Source of the DNA: Eledone cirrhosa
Lineage: Eukaryota
DNA: 64,000 nt
Reading direction: 5' to 3'
Assembly: GCA_964016885.1 (NCBI GenBank)
Contig: OZ024752.1
Coordinates: 46,996,001-47,060,000 of the forward strand
Shown here: piece by piece, positions 24,553 through 36,623 of the stretch
Numbering within the stretch: the stretch's first letter is position 1
Layout: each line of letters starts with the position of its first letter
Made by a program: the position numbers and the translations under genes
The notes under the pieces: generated by a model
Database searches by the model: none
Seen by the model: only the letters and a program-made list of their open reading frames with translations
Told to the model about the DNA's origin: nothing

Positions 24553-25476
24553 TAATAACTTGACAATCAAATCTGATTTGGCGATCTAACAACATACACT
24601 CACATATTTATACATAATCTACAGGGATCCACTGTCGACCATGTTGAGTAAACAGTTTTACATTAATTCTATATAAATTCAATATTCGTAATGCCATTAA
24701 AATAACATCCTTTCTTCACCCTATCATTATCAATGTGAGTATTTTTATCATTTAAACGAATCAAATCAAATAATAATACTCCGAATAAGCGCATCACAAT
24801 TACCAACTACAAAATATACTGTTGGTAATAATCGTGTGAAATTTAATAAATATAAAATATATTGTTGACTATGTTATCGTAAATATTAAAAATAAACCCA
24901 CATTTCATAACGTTTCAAACTAAATTCACAATATTTGAATAAAATGTTTATAATAATTATAGAAATCAAAAAGCTTAATGAAAAAAAGTAAATTTTAATT
25001 AGTATAACGGACGGGTTATTACAACACACATAAACATACATGATTTACAGTAAAAACAATCTTCCAGAAAGAAAATAAATGGTTGTTTATTATATTTATC
25101 ACAACTACATGTAAAATGTCTAGTTTAAAATATCAGAAAACAGATAAATTTTGATTTTAATTAATTAATTTGGCTTACGTTAGTTAAGAATGACTTCTCA
25201 AGTTGCTAACAGGTACTCGTTTGATCATCCTTCAAGCAACGTGATATAACATCAACAATGAATTCAAGGGGGGAAACCTTGACAGGGATTGGTGCAAAAA
25301 ATTACCAAGTTTTATTCGATTTCTTTTAATTTATTTAGCATGAAACTTAATAACATTTTATTTCTGTTACTAGAGAGAAGTTTAGAAACTACATAATATA
25401 CTGGTAACAATATAATTATAAATATTACATTAAAAACACAACAAATAAACGAGTGGATAATGATTTTTCTTCTTAC

Positions 25477-25600
25477 CTTAGATTTTCGTCGTAGCTGTAA
25501 TAATAGCAACACAACAACTTCTCTCAACTGTCAATGCACGTGATTTTGGGTTATGAGAAACGTGAAAGCAGTTAGAGAAACGTGACAGAAATCGTGAAAT
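25477..25600 (-). promoter_or_regulatory. Candidate cryptochrome first exon/promoter with an E-box and E'-box cluster
   Basis: Minus-strand donor aag|gtaaga at about 25476. CACGTG at 25537-25542 and AACGTG (=CACGTT) at 25559-25564, 25579-25584 and 25238-25243, in a repeat-free stretch. Confidence 0.5.
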
Positions 25601-26685
25601 ATACATAAATAAACCGTTGTTTTTCTCTCTCTATTTGTTACTGAGGAGAGGGAGACGGAGATTTGCAAGGAAGAGTAAATACTAAAGTGGTATTTTCTAG
25701 CACTTTCTTCACAGAATATTAAATTCAGCTATAAGAAATATAGGAGTTAAAATTTTAAATGTCGGTATTTCTATGATAGTTGCTGTCAATTAGCGAAACA
25801 GAATAATCCTGGATCCAATAAACCTATAGCAAAACCATTCCAACTAAGACCATCCCATTTTTTCTTTTATCTCTAATATAAATTACACGGCTGGTTAATT
25901 CTTTTTTAAGTCTTGTAAGAGAAAAAAAGGTGTACAATATAATGATTTCTACTATAGGTACAAGACCAGCAATTTGGGGAGAGGGGAAAGTCGATTAAAT
26001 CGACCCCAGTGCATTACTGGTGCTTTATTTTATCTACCCCGTGAGGATGAAAGGCAAAGCTAGCCTCGGCGGGATTTGAACTCAGAACTTAAAGGGCCAT
26101 ATCTCTATGGCACATCATCTTGTCCGACGCTCTACTGATACTGAAATATACAACATAATGATTTCTGATTTAGGCACAAGGCCAACAATTTTGGGGGAAG
26201 AAAAAGTCGATTAAATCGACCCAGTACGTTACTGGTACTTTATTTTATCGACCTTTATTTTATCGATGAAAGGTCAAGCTAATCTCGGCGGGATTTGAAC
26301 ACAAGGAAATAATTAATTGATTTATTCACAATTGTATAAAAATAAATATAATAATTGTTTCTACTTTTGGCACAAGGCCAGCAATTATTCCAGTGCATTA
26401 CTGGTACTTTATTTTATCGACCCCGTAAGGATGAAAGGCAAAGTTAACCTCGGCGGGATTTTAACTCAGATCATAAAGGGAGGTAACTCTATGCTTCAAA
26501 GCATGGCGTCCGACCCTTACCGATACTGCCAATCCACCGCCCTTAAATAAATATAATAATACAATGCTTACAGAACGAAAGCACGAATATAATATGAGGG
26601 AAAGTATACAACAATACTCTCATGATGGAATACTTTTTCTGACTAATTTCCTGACTTTCATTTTTAACTATCGTTCATTAATATA

Positions 26686-26763
26686 CAGGGTGACCCCAAA
26701 AATGTATACACACTTTAACAGCATTCTAATCAAAGTGTGTATACATTTTGGGCAGACACCCTG
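26686..26763. mobile_element. ~80-bp Tc1/mariner-type MITE; second copy 32724-32803
   Basis: TA|CAGGGTG...AAAATGTATACACACTT...AAGTGTGTATACATTTT...CACCCTG|TA: near-palindrome with TA TSD. Confidence 0.8.
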
Positions 26764-27899
26764 TATATTAAATTATTCCAATGCCCATCCTCAACCGAAT
26801 TTGTTTCTTCATAACTTTCTTAATATCTTTTAATGAAAAAGATATCATCTTTTATTTCTTATTAGTTTGAAATTACAAACACAAATTTCATCTCATTCCA
26901 TTTTTTTAAATATGGATGCTCTTTCAAACATCAACCAATTTACAGAGTGTGTTGGGTGTATTTTATTGTGACACTGCCAGTAAAGAGATTGGCATGTCCT
27001 TGGACAAACTTCAATGTTTTCATGATGATATCTTGCCCCCACTCATTTATCAACCACATTATAAAGTGTACTGGGTCCATTTCATCAAAGCATCAATAAG
27101 GTCGCTTAGAGCCCAACTCACAGCTAAAGAGATCTTAGCAACTTATATCCTATTTTTAGAAAATGCCAGCAACTTAAAAAAATTCTAGCATTTCTTTTTT
27201 ACCCAAACACACGAAATTGTCCTTGGTTCTACAACAGAGAACAGTTTTAAAGTGTTTGTACTATCTAAAAAATCTTTTATCATAATTTTATGTAAGATCA
27301 ATAGTTCACCCTTTTGCATTTACATTACTCTATATATACTATCATATTTTCACAGTAAGGTTTTACCTTATAATAATTAGCTCACATAATATCGAATCTA
27401 TGAGATTTTGGTATTATCTATTTTGAGAACAATACCTTAACATCAGTATGAGTGGCCGGTTATGCCTAGTTTCAACAGAAAGAGGTGATAGAATTCTGGC
27501 CAGATACATCTGGCTTAAATGCTAAAGGGCTAAGTTATGCTCCAAATGCTACCTAAATATGGAGAAATTTAGTTATATTATATTATTAAATCCCTTGAAA
27601 TTCTTGATTATTTTCAAAATTATTTGAAACAAATATACAGTGACTTTTATTTGGAACATTCTAACAAAAGGATAGAGATAATTATAATCATTAGCTGCTG
27701 ATATCAGTCTGGAAAAACAAGGACAGAATTATCTAATAAAATATTTATAGGAGATGAATATGAAGTCCATCAGAGACAGAATGTTCTGTTGTTTAGTAAA
27801 ACATCTTATGTGGTGCAGCTTAGATCTGATTGTAATTGTGACAGAAGGTCATACTGTTTAATGTTGGTCACAATGAAAATGTAACTTCAGAACTCCAAT

Positions 27900-28470
27900 G
27901 ATGTCACAATTACAATGACATTAGAACTACAGTGATATTAGAACTACTATGACATCAGAACCACAGTGATATCATACCCACAATGATACCATAACCACAA
28001 TGATATCATAACCACAATGACATCATAACCACAATGATATCATACATAACCACAATATCATAACCACAATAATATCATAACCACAATGATATCATAATCG
28101 TAATGACATCATAACCACAATAACTTCACAACCACAATGACATCATAACCACAATGATATCATAATCACAATGACATCATAACCGCAATGACATCATAAC
28201 CACAATGACATCATAACCGCAATGACATCATAACCACAATGACATCATAACCACAATAACTTCACAACCACAATGACATCATAACCACAATGATATCATA
28301 ATCACAATGATATCATAACCGTAATGACATCATAACCACAATAACATCACAACCACAATGACATCATAATCACAATGACATCATAACCACAATGACATCA
28401 TAATCACAATGACATCATAACCATAATGACATCATAACCACAATATCATAACCCTATTGACATCATAATG
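27900..28470 (+). repeat. 17-bp minisatellite
   Basis: Unit ATGACATCATAACCACA. Confidence 0.9.
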
Positions 28471-29055
28471 GATACGCTTCCTAACACCAACCACATTTAC
28501 AGTGTGGGCTGGGTGCTTTTTTTGCCATGTCTTTGCCATGTCCACTCTACAGTGAGGACTGGGGGGGGGGGGGGGGGGGTAATAGTAAACATTAGAATAA
28601 AAACTAAAGATTTATTGTAAAAAATTTCAAGGGTTTTTGTGGTTATGAAAACGGAAAAGGAAGGGAAATGCAAGGGCTCTAGGGTCACAGAAGGATGGAA
28701 GGGGGGGGGGGGGGGGGGGCTTTGAACCAATTTTTTTTTTTTACTGATTCACACTTTTGTAAACAGCTAGACTCGTTATCACACTACTTAGATAACGGCA
28801 TTAATATTAAATTGGCAGTATCGGTAGAGGGTCCGACGCCATGCTTTCCAGCATAGTTACGTCCCTTTACGGTCTAAGTTCAAATTCCGTCCCTTTCATC
28901 CTTGCCGGGTCGATAAAATAAAGTACCAGTAATGCACTGGGTTATTGTTGGCCTTGTGCCAAAAAGTAGAAACAATTAATATTATTATAAATTATTCAAG
29001 ACAGAAGGAGAAAGACTGAAACGTTGGTTGAGTGAAGAAATACAGGCAAAGGGAG

Positions 29056-29092
<37 letters not shown>

Positions 29093-29309
29093 GATAAATC
29101 TACCAAGAGTTTACGGTAGTGTCCAATCCGTATGAAGAACTCAATGTATTCCGGATATCATGGAAAGAAGAGATGTATAATTTTGTACATAGATCTGTTG
29201 AATATGCATGCCAATTCTAACACATATATATCCTAGAAACGATGATCGTTAAATAATGAACTTTTTTTGTTTAATATAAGGAACTGTTTCATTGTTTATT
29301 CATTATTTG

Positions 29310-29392
<83 letters not shown>

Positions 29393-30073
29393 AAAATATG
29401 GCTCTACATGGCTGAATACAATAATTGTAATCTGAGTTTAACATTCGATTCGTTTGCAATTATGCAAACAAGCCTCAGCCGTCCTCCGGAGAAACGCCTT
29501 CTCCATTCTGTCTGTCGGGGCTGTGGGTGGGCCCCATCGCGTACCAATACATTAGTTAAATACCATTCTTTCATCTGATATATTTCTAAATTATATTTTG
29601 TACAATAATAAATTACATGCTATCTCTATGCAAAGTTGAAGTGGAAATCTAAACTGATCGAATTGGCAGCGAAACGCATGATCAATAATTAAGAAGAAAA
29701 AAAACAGAAGAAAATGTTATAGCCATATCAAGAGCAAGAATGAAATGTTCATTCTACTGACATGGCTATACAATTGAGGTTTGTTTGCATAATTGCAAAC
29801 GAATGTTATTAATATTCGAAAGACTCAGATTTCATTTATATATATATAGCGAGAGGGGGAGATGTTTTATCTACCATCAATCATATACATGTACATACAA
29901 ATACACAGTGTCGGATTTACCCCTGTGCTTGGGTGTGCTTAAGCACAAGGCCCCGTTGGGGACGGGGACGAGGGGGCATCTTCTTGTCAAAAAAATTCTT
30001 TACTTCCTTCAGACCCCAAGTAAAGGGCCTCATAACTTAACTAGCACAGGGCCTCATTTGTGCTAAATCCGGC

Positions 30074-30128
<55 letters not shown>

Positions 30129-30946
30129 ATATATATATATATATATATATATGTTTGTGTATAGTGGTAGCTATGGCGCTTCCATAGGCAGTATGCCAAA
30201 ATTAGCACTCGATATTCATCAGAGTAGAGTGTATAAATTATCAAGAAAACGAAAAATCAGTGATGCATCTGGACTTGGTTTATTTCGTGTTACAAATGTT
30301 TCGCCGGAGCAAATTTGCTCCGGACATAACAGACGTGTCTGAAAGAACCTGCAGAAGTAGAATCAGCCAGATCCATACAAGGACCATGACTCGAGCTACC
30401 TGCCGGCGAAACATTTGTAACACGAAATAAATTAAGTCCAGATGCATCACTGATTTTTCGTTTTCTTGATAATATATATATATATATATATATATATAAA
30501 GAAAAACAGGAATAGCAAAGCAAACGACACAGTAAAATGACGAAATATATTAGTTTTACGCTTGAAAAGTGTCTTAATGTTTTGAACACCATAAAAATAG
30601 ATTGGGTACCTTTATGTTCTATCGGGTCCCAAATAATAAAGGAGGTGGAATAAGCCGTTGATGAGGGTTGAAACTCGGTAATTTTTCTAGGTTGTCTCCG
30701 TTGATGTTTTTAAAAAAACAGAATTAGTCGTTTAGTTTACATATTGAGATCCGAACCCATTCTATTTATTTTATAACATGGGATGTCTAGTAAGGATCTT
30801 GTTTTTGTCATGTTTAATAATTATTAATGTATAAAGAAAGATTTCGCAAGGAGATAGATAAGAAAAATTTAATAAACGGGGGTGGGATGGAAAAAATCTG
30901 AAAAAAAATTAATAAGCGGCGGGAGGGGAGCGGGTGACGATTATTC

Positions 30947-31192
30947 GAGAGGAGAGAATATCCCCAGAGATCCGGTGTTCCCCAGGGTGGGGGAATCACT
31001 GATCCAGCGAGAGGAGAGAATATCCCCAGAGATCCGGTGTTCCCCAGGGTGGGGGAATCACTGATCCAGCGAGAGGAGAGAATATCCCCAGAGATCCGGT
31101 GCTCCCCAGGGTGGGGGAATCACTGATCCAGCGAGAGGAGAGAATATCCCCAGAGATCCGGTGTTCCCCGGGGTGGGGGTATCACTGATCCA
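30947..31192 (+). repeat. 62-bp GC-rich tandem repeat, 4 copies
   Basis: GAGAGGAGAGAATATCCCC at 30947, 31009, 31071 and 31133. Confidence 0.93.
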
Positions 31193-31289
31193 GAGACAAA
31201 TGGAACACTCGTCGTTCGAAGCAACGGAGATCCACTCCTGTTCCTAAATAAACACAGATGTATGAATGTGAAAGGAGGGAGGGAGGAGG

Positions 31290-31464
31290 TATAGAATTAA
31301 CCAATGAGAACCGCCGTAACAATGACGTCTTCCTAAGCGGTAATGGCGGCCTATACAGTTTGTAAGTTGTATATTACGACCGAGACACACATATTAGGAA
31401 AATAGAATATATGAACGAATTGAAGGAAAATACATCGACACTTATAGCAAAATGTCTTCCAAAA
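31290..31464 (+). promoter_or_regulatory. Candidate LIN37 promoter and first exon (candidate CDS start 31452-31464, MSSK)
   Basis: CCAAT 31301, CRE-like TGACGTC 31323, YY1-like AATGGCGGC 31342. ATG TCT TCC AAA A|gtaact gives the phase-1 junction needed by exon 36624 (A+GA=Arg). Confidence 0.5.
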
Positions 31465-33207
31465 GTAACTGCATTTGTTTCTCGTCTACTTTTAATTAAT
31501 CCAGTCTAAATTTTTATTCATTGTTTTCATTAACACAGTTTCCTTTAAGCGCACACTAAGATTATAAATGGTGTTATATTTATGTTTTTTCATTTATGTT
31601 TATTTCTTATATCGATATATCACCTCAGATTTATGAGAGGGCTCTAGGTTATTACTGTGTAATGTTTCATACTTTCCCGAAGAACATTCTATACGTAGTT
31701 GAGGTGAAACATTGAGCTACGATCAGGGATCGAAACCGCGTCGCAGATTTGGTTCACCAGGAATTCTTACCCCCAACAACATTCCATTTACTTGTTCACA
31801 CATTAAGTAGATGGAAACTGCAGATGCCTGTCGTAAAGCAAAGAAAACGGACATTAAATGATGACCATAACGAACCTAGTCTGTATTTGTTTATGTACCG
31901 TAACTTTGCGGTTCGACAAAAAGAGATTAATAAAATAAGTATCAGACTTGAAATAATAAGTACTAGGATTGATATGATCGGCTACATCACTTGAAGGCGG
32001 TGCTCCAACAGGGACATAGTCTAATGACTAAAACTAGTAAAAATAAAAAGATACCTCGTTTCAACCAGCGATCATTTAACGTATAATTTTTTTATTTTTT
32101 TTCCAATCATATTTTAGCTTTATTAAAGATAATATTACAAATATATTCAGTCAACATTTTAAAGTCAAGGCTCAAGAAGTAGTGAACCATCTACCCACTC
32201 AAGTTTAATTATCGGATCGGTTCTGGTATTGATATCCATCTGGGAGGCATCGATACCAAGTGATCCTCGATACTTCAGAAGAAGATCATCTCTACTTTGG
32301 TATGAGTCTAACTACCCTGACCGGGTACCAAATGTCTATACTTAAGATATAAATTGCTCGCAATTTATTCAGACAGATCAGCCCTGACCACGTCTACCCA
32401 GATATTTCTCGGTCTACCTCTACAAGGAATTAACCGGAGCAAGGGTAGAATAGTTGCTCCCTTTACGTTCTGAGTTCAAATCCCGCCGAGGTTAACTTTG
32501 CCTTTCATCCTTACGGGGGTCGATAAAATAAAGTACCAGTAATGCACTGGGATAATTGCTGGCCTTGCGCCTAAAGTAGGAACATTATTATTATGACTCC
32601 TACCTCGACAATATTGTTATAAATATTTAATTTTAAGACTTTTATATACCTGTAACGAATACCAAAAGATATCGAAACCTTAACTCAACATGAATTATGA
32701 AATCGATCCTGTTTATCAATATACAGGGTGTTCCCCAAAAATGTATACACACTTCAACAGCATTCTAATCAAAGTATGTATACATTTTTGGGGGGACACT
32801 CTCTATATCTGTTGACTTCTTAATTCTGTATCAACTTCAACCCAGCAATCCTATCTGTAAGGAAGAGATTTCCCAAATGAAGCCATATGTAGGAAGATAT
32901 ACATAAGTGTTTCGTTAGACTAGGTAGCATTGACAAGAGATCTTGTTTGAAGAAAACGAAAATATCTCATCTGTTTTACCGGATTCCTTTACCTCATATA
33001 CATACATACATATATATATATACACTTATATATGATGACTGTAACTCGATTTCGAGGAATACCATTGCTTGATACTTAAGCATGAGCATCACACAGCTTT
33101 TTAGTCCTGCTACGGACTTGCCTATGGCCAGCAATCCTATGCATCACAAAAAATGTCACATATCAAGCGATGCCCCTGAACTTGAAGCTGTTTTAAGTGA
33201 GGAAAGA

Positions 33208-33241
<34 letters not shown>

Positions 33242-33276
33242 TCTTTTATCTATTACATTCACTTATTATATTTCGA

Positions 33277-33334
33277 ATACCTGATGATATCACCGGATTC
33301 ATACGGAACCCGGTCATTGAAATTATCATAGTAT
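33277..33334 (+). ncRNA. Hammerhead ribozyme-like motif (PLE terminal repeat); inverted partial copy about 33840-33895
   Basis: AUAC-CUGAUGA-U-AUCACCGG(AUUCAUACGGAAC)CCGGUCAUU-GAAA-UUAUCA-UA^GUAU. The inverted copy has palindromic UGAUCA after GAAA. Confidence 0.55.
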
Positions 33335-33380
33335 AATAAACCTTTCAAGGGTTTACACAAATCCAGCCTCCTGTCATTTC

Positions 33381-33451
<71 letters not shown>

Positions 33452-33605
33452 ACAGATTAAAATTTAAGCAAAGAATCGGTACTTTCGCCCTTAATGGGAT
33501 TTTCTGAATCTGTTTAATCTGTTATTTTAATAAATATTTGCTCTACGGTTTATCCTTAACGAGCCCTCTTCCGATTTTAGTCTTCACATTTATTATTATT
33601 ATTAC

Positions 33606-33644
<39 letters not shown>

Positions 33645-34759
33645 GTAGAACATTGGAAGGTAATATCCGTAGTGGTAGAGCACTCAGTGCATGGGGCCAG
33701 TTTGGTAGAAGTACAAGCTGAAGACCCGCTAAGGTGAAACAATTGTTCTCGGTATGGTGAACTAACTGTTGTGTTACTACTTCTGTATATATATATATAT
33801 AATAATAAAATAACAGGAGGCTGGACTGGTGTAAATCCTTGATCATTTCAATGACCGGGTTCCGTATGAATCCAGTGATATCATCAGGTATTCGAAATAT
33901 ATATATAAACTGACAGGGGCCCTAACTAATCCAAACCTTAACTTGAACATAGCAATGAATTCGATAAATCGGACGAGATATTTTCTTTTTCTTAAGACAT
34001 AGTTATTACCAATTATTCCCACAGTATTAATACTAATTATTCCCACAGTATTAATAGAAATACATATATTTCTTCATAGATATATATACAACATATTCAG
34101 TGAGGCATTCCTGATAGAGTAGAGTAACTATGTTCCACATTTTGTATGGGTAAAAAAAAAATGGTGTTAGAATTGGTCTTTCATTAAGGAAACGAAAATA
34201 TCTATAGTCTTTTTAAGTGGAATCTTTGCATATACACACGTTAGTATTAGGGTTCCTTCATCGGCTTGTGTGTGTCTATATATATATCATCATCATCATT
34301 TTACGTCCGCTTTTCCCTGCTTTCAAGGGTGGGACGGGAACTGATTCTGGCTTGATTTCTACAGCTGGATGCCCTTCCTAACACCAACCTCATTTACAGT
34401 GTTGGGTGCTTTTTTTGCCGTGGCACCTCCACGACCACTTTGCAGTGGAATGATATGGACCCCAGTCCCTATCATCTCATTTCTACAGCTGAGTAAACTG
34501 GAGCAATGTGAAATAAAGTGTCTTGCTCAAGGAAACAACACATCACCCGGTCTGAGAATTGAACTCACAACCTTTCGATTGCAAGGCCAATGCTCTAAAC
34601 CACTAAGCCATGTGCCTCCATATATATATATTTAAAGGTTAAACAAGGTTCAATGAATAAAGTTTTACAATAGATTAGAAGCACTCCACAGATGGTTTTC
34701 CAGAGTTATTAATATTAATTCAAAATATTAACAAATATAGACATTCGTGTGATCAAGTA

Positions 34760-34826
34760 TATTTTATTATACATATTTCAGAGGTACTGAGCTATCTTCA
34801 ACAGTACATCCTCATCAGATAAAATA
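34760..34826 (-). ncRNA. Minimal type I hammerhead ribozyme (Penelope-like element terminal repeat)
   Basis: Minus strand: UAUUUUAU-CUGAUGA-GGAUGUACUG(loop)CAGUACCUCU-GAAA-UAUGUA-UA^AUAAAAUA. Intact core, 8-bp stem I, 9/10-bp stem II, self-complementary stem III. Confidence 0.75.
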
Positions 34827-35478
34827 AGATGATGCTTGACATACCTTGACTAAGTAGATGGTTAAAATTCATGGCAGACGTACTGTTGAAGATAGCTCAG
34901 TACCTCTGAAATATGTATAATAAAATATACTTGATCACACGAATGTCTTTATTTGTTAATATTTTGAATTTATATATATATATATATAAATTATATAATA
35001 ATCAAAGCTATGTTCAAATCATTTTATTGCTGCAATAAAATGATTTAAACATAGCTTTGATTATTGTATAATTTATATATATATATATGAGTTAAGGCTC
35101 CATTGATTTTTCCCTGAATTTCACTAAATTCTGTTGGATGAATCTATATCCTGATTCTTTTTGAGTTGAGTTTGAATTATTTTTCCCACATCTTACGTTA
35201 ACTATTTTTCCCATTTTGACGCTATAGTCACTTATATATTATGGAATACTGTTGGCTTTTTGCTACAATATTTTCTATACCTTTCATATATATATATATA
35301 TACATATATATTTATATTCCTGCTCTGTAAAACATCTCATGTATTTACATTGAGCTATTTTTTCTTACTGATAATAAGGTAGTAATAAATTACTGACCTT
35401 TCCTATTTATAGCTGTATATAGTGTATATATAACTATAAATAATAATATTATTATATATATGTATATATGTATCTATC

Positions 35479-35513
<35 letters not shown>

Positions 35514-35815
35514 TTATGTATATATGTGTATATATATATATATATAAAATAATAATTATAATGAAATTATTGTGTACAGTGCTCAGGTGCACTACAACTC
35601 ATTAAAGGTGCATGTATAGTACATAGAATAATGTACAAATGTCAGGAAAATGAACAGTGTACGAGTCATGATATACATGTGTGTGTGCGTGTATATGGAG
35701 GGGGGATATCAGGTATAGTGTATATATATATATATATGTGTATATATATGTATATATATATATATGTATATGTATATATATATGTATATCAGGTATAGTG
35801 TTGTATATATATATA

Positions 35816-35856
<41 letters not shown>

Positions 35857-36623
35857 GTATATATATATGTATATATATATATGTATATGTATATGTATAT
35901 GTGTATATATATATATATGTATGAGACGCTTTCATACATCTTCTGAATGTTTATATATATATATATACAATCATCATTCCATACGGAAATGCATATAATG
36001 TGTGGTGTGTATATATCATCATCATCATCATCACCATTTTACGTCCATTCTTCCACACTAGCATGGGTTAGATGCGTTGTCCTGTTGTGGGCAATGCTAG
36101 GTCAGGTGACCGTGTCTTGCTCATACAGAACTGATTTTGGTTTGGTTTCTACAGCTGGATGCCTTTCCTAACACCAACCTCATTTTACAGTGAGTACTGG
36201 GTGCTTTTTACTCTGGTGCCTGCACGACCACTTTATAGTGTGGGCTGGGTGATATTTTGTCGTGACACCTACATGACCACTTTAAAGTGTGGGCTGGGTG
36301 ATATTTTGTCGTGACACCTACATGACTACTTTAAAGTGTGGTGTGAGTGATTTTTTTGTCGTGACACCTACATGACCACTTTAAAGTGTGGTGTGGGTGA
36401 TTTTTTTTGTCGTGACACCTCCATGACTACTTTAAAGTGTGGTGTGAGTGATATTTTGTCATGACACCTACATGACCACTTTAAAGTGTGGTGTGGGTGA
36501 TTTTTTTGTCATGACACCTACATGAACACTTTACAGTGTCGTGTGGGTGATTTTTTGTTGTGACACCTACATGACCACTTTACAATCTAAGAAAATTAAC
36601 ATTTAATATATATTTCATTTTAG

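Larger units (their letters stand above)
23495..24600 (+). repeat. ~70-bp degenerate tandem array with (CA)n, interrupted by two MITEs
   Basis: Unit CTGAACTAAATAGACTAGTAACTTAACCATCCAGTT..GGGGATCTAA(CA)n. Confidence 0.75.

Noticed and set aside
32090-32440. Minus-strand segment ending in AATAAA and a poly(A)-like tract (possible L1/Tx1 3' end or retrocopy)
   Set aside because: No convincing peptide motif could be read by eye
35440-35998. Tyr/Ile/Cys-rich ORFs (also 56282-56617, 19483-19779)
   Set aside because: Translations of (TA)n/(TG)n microsatellites
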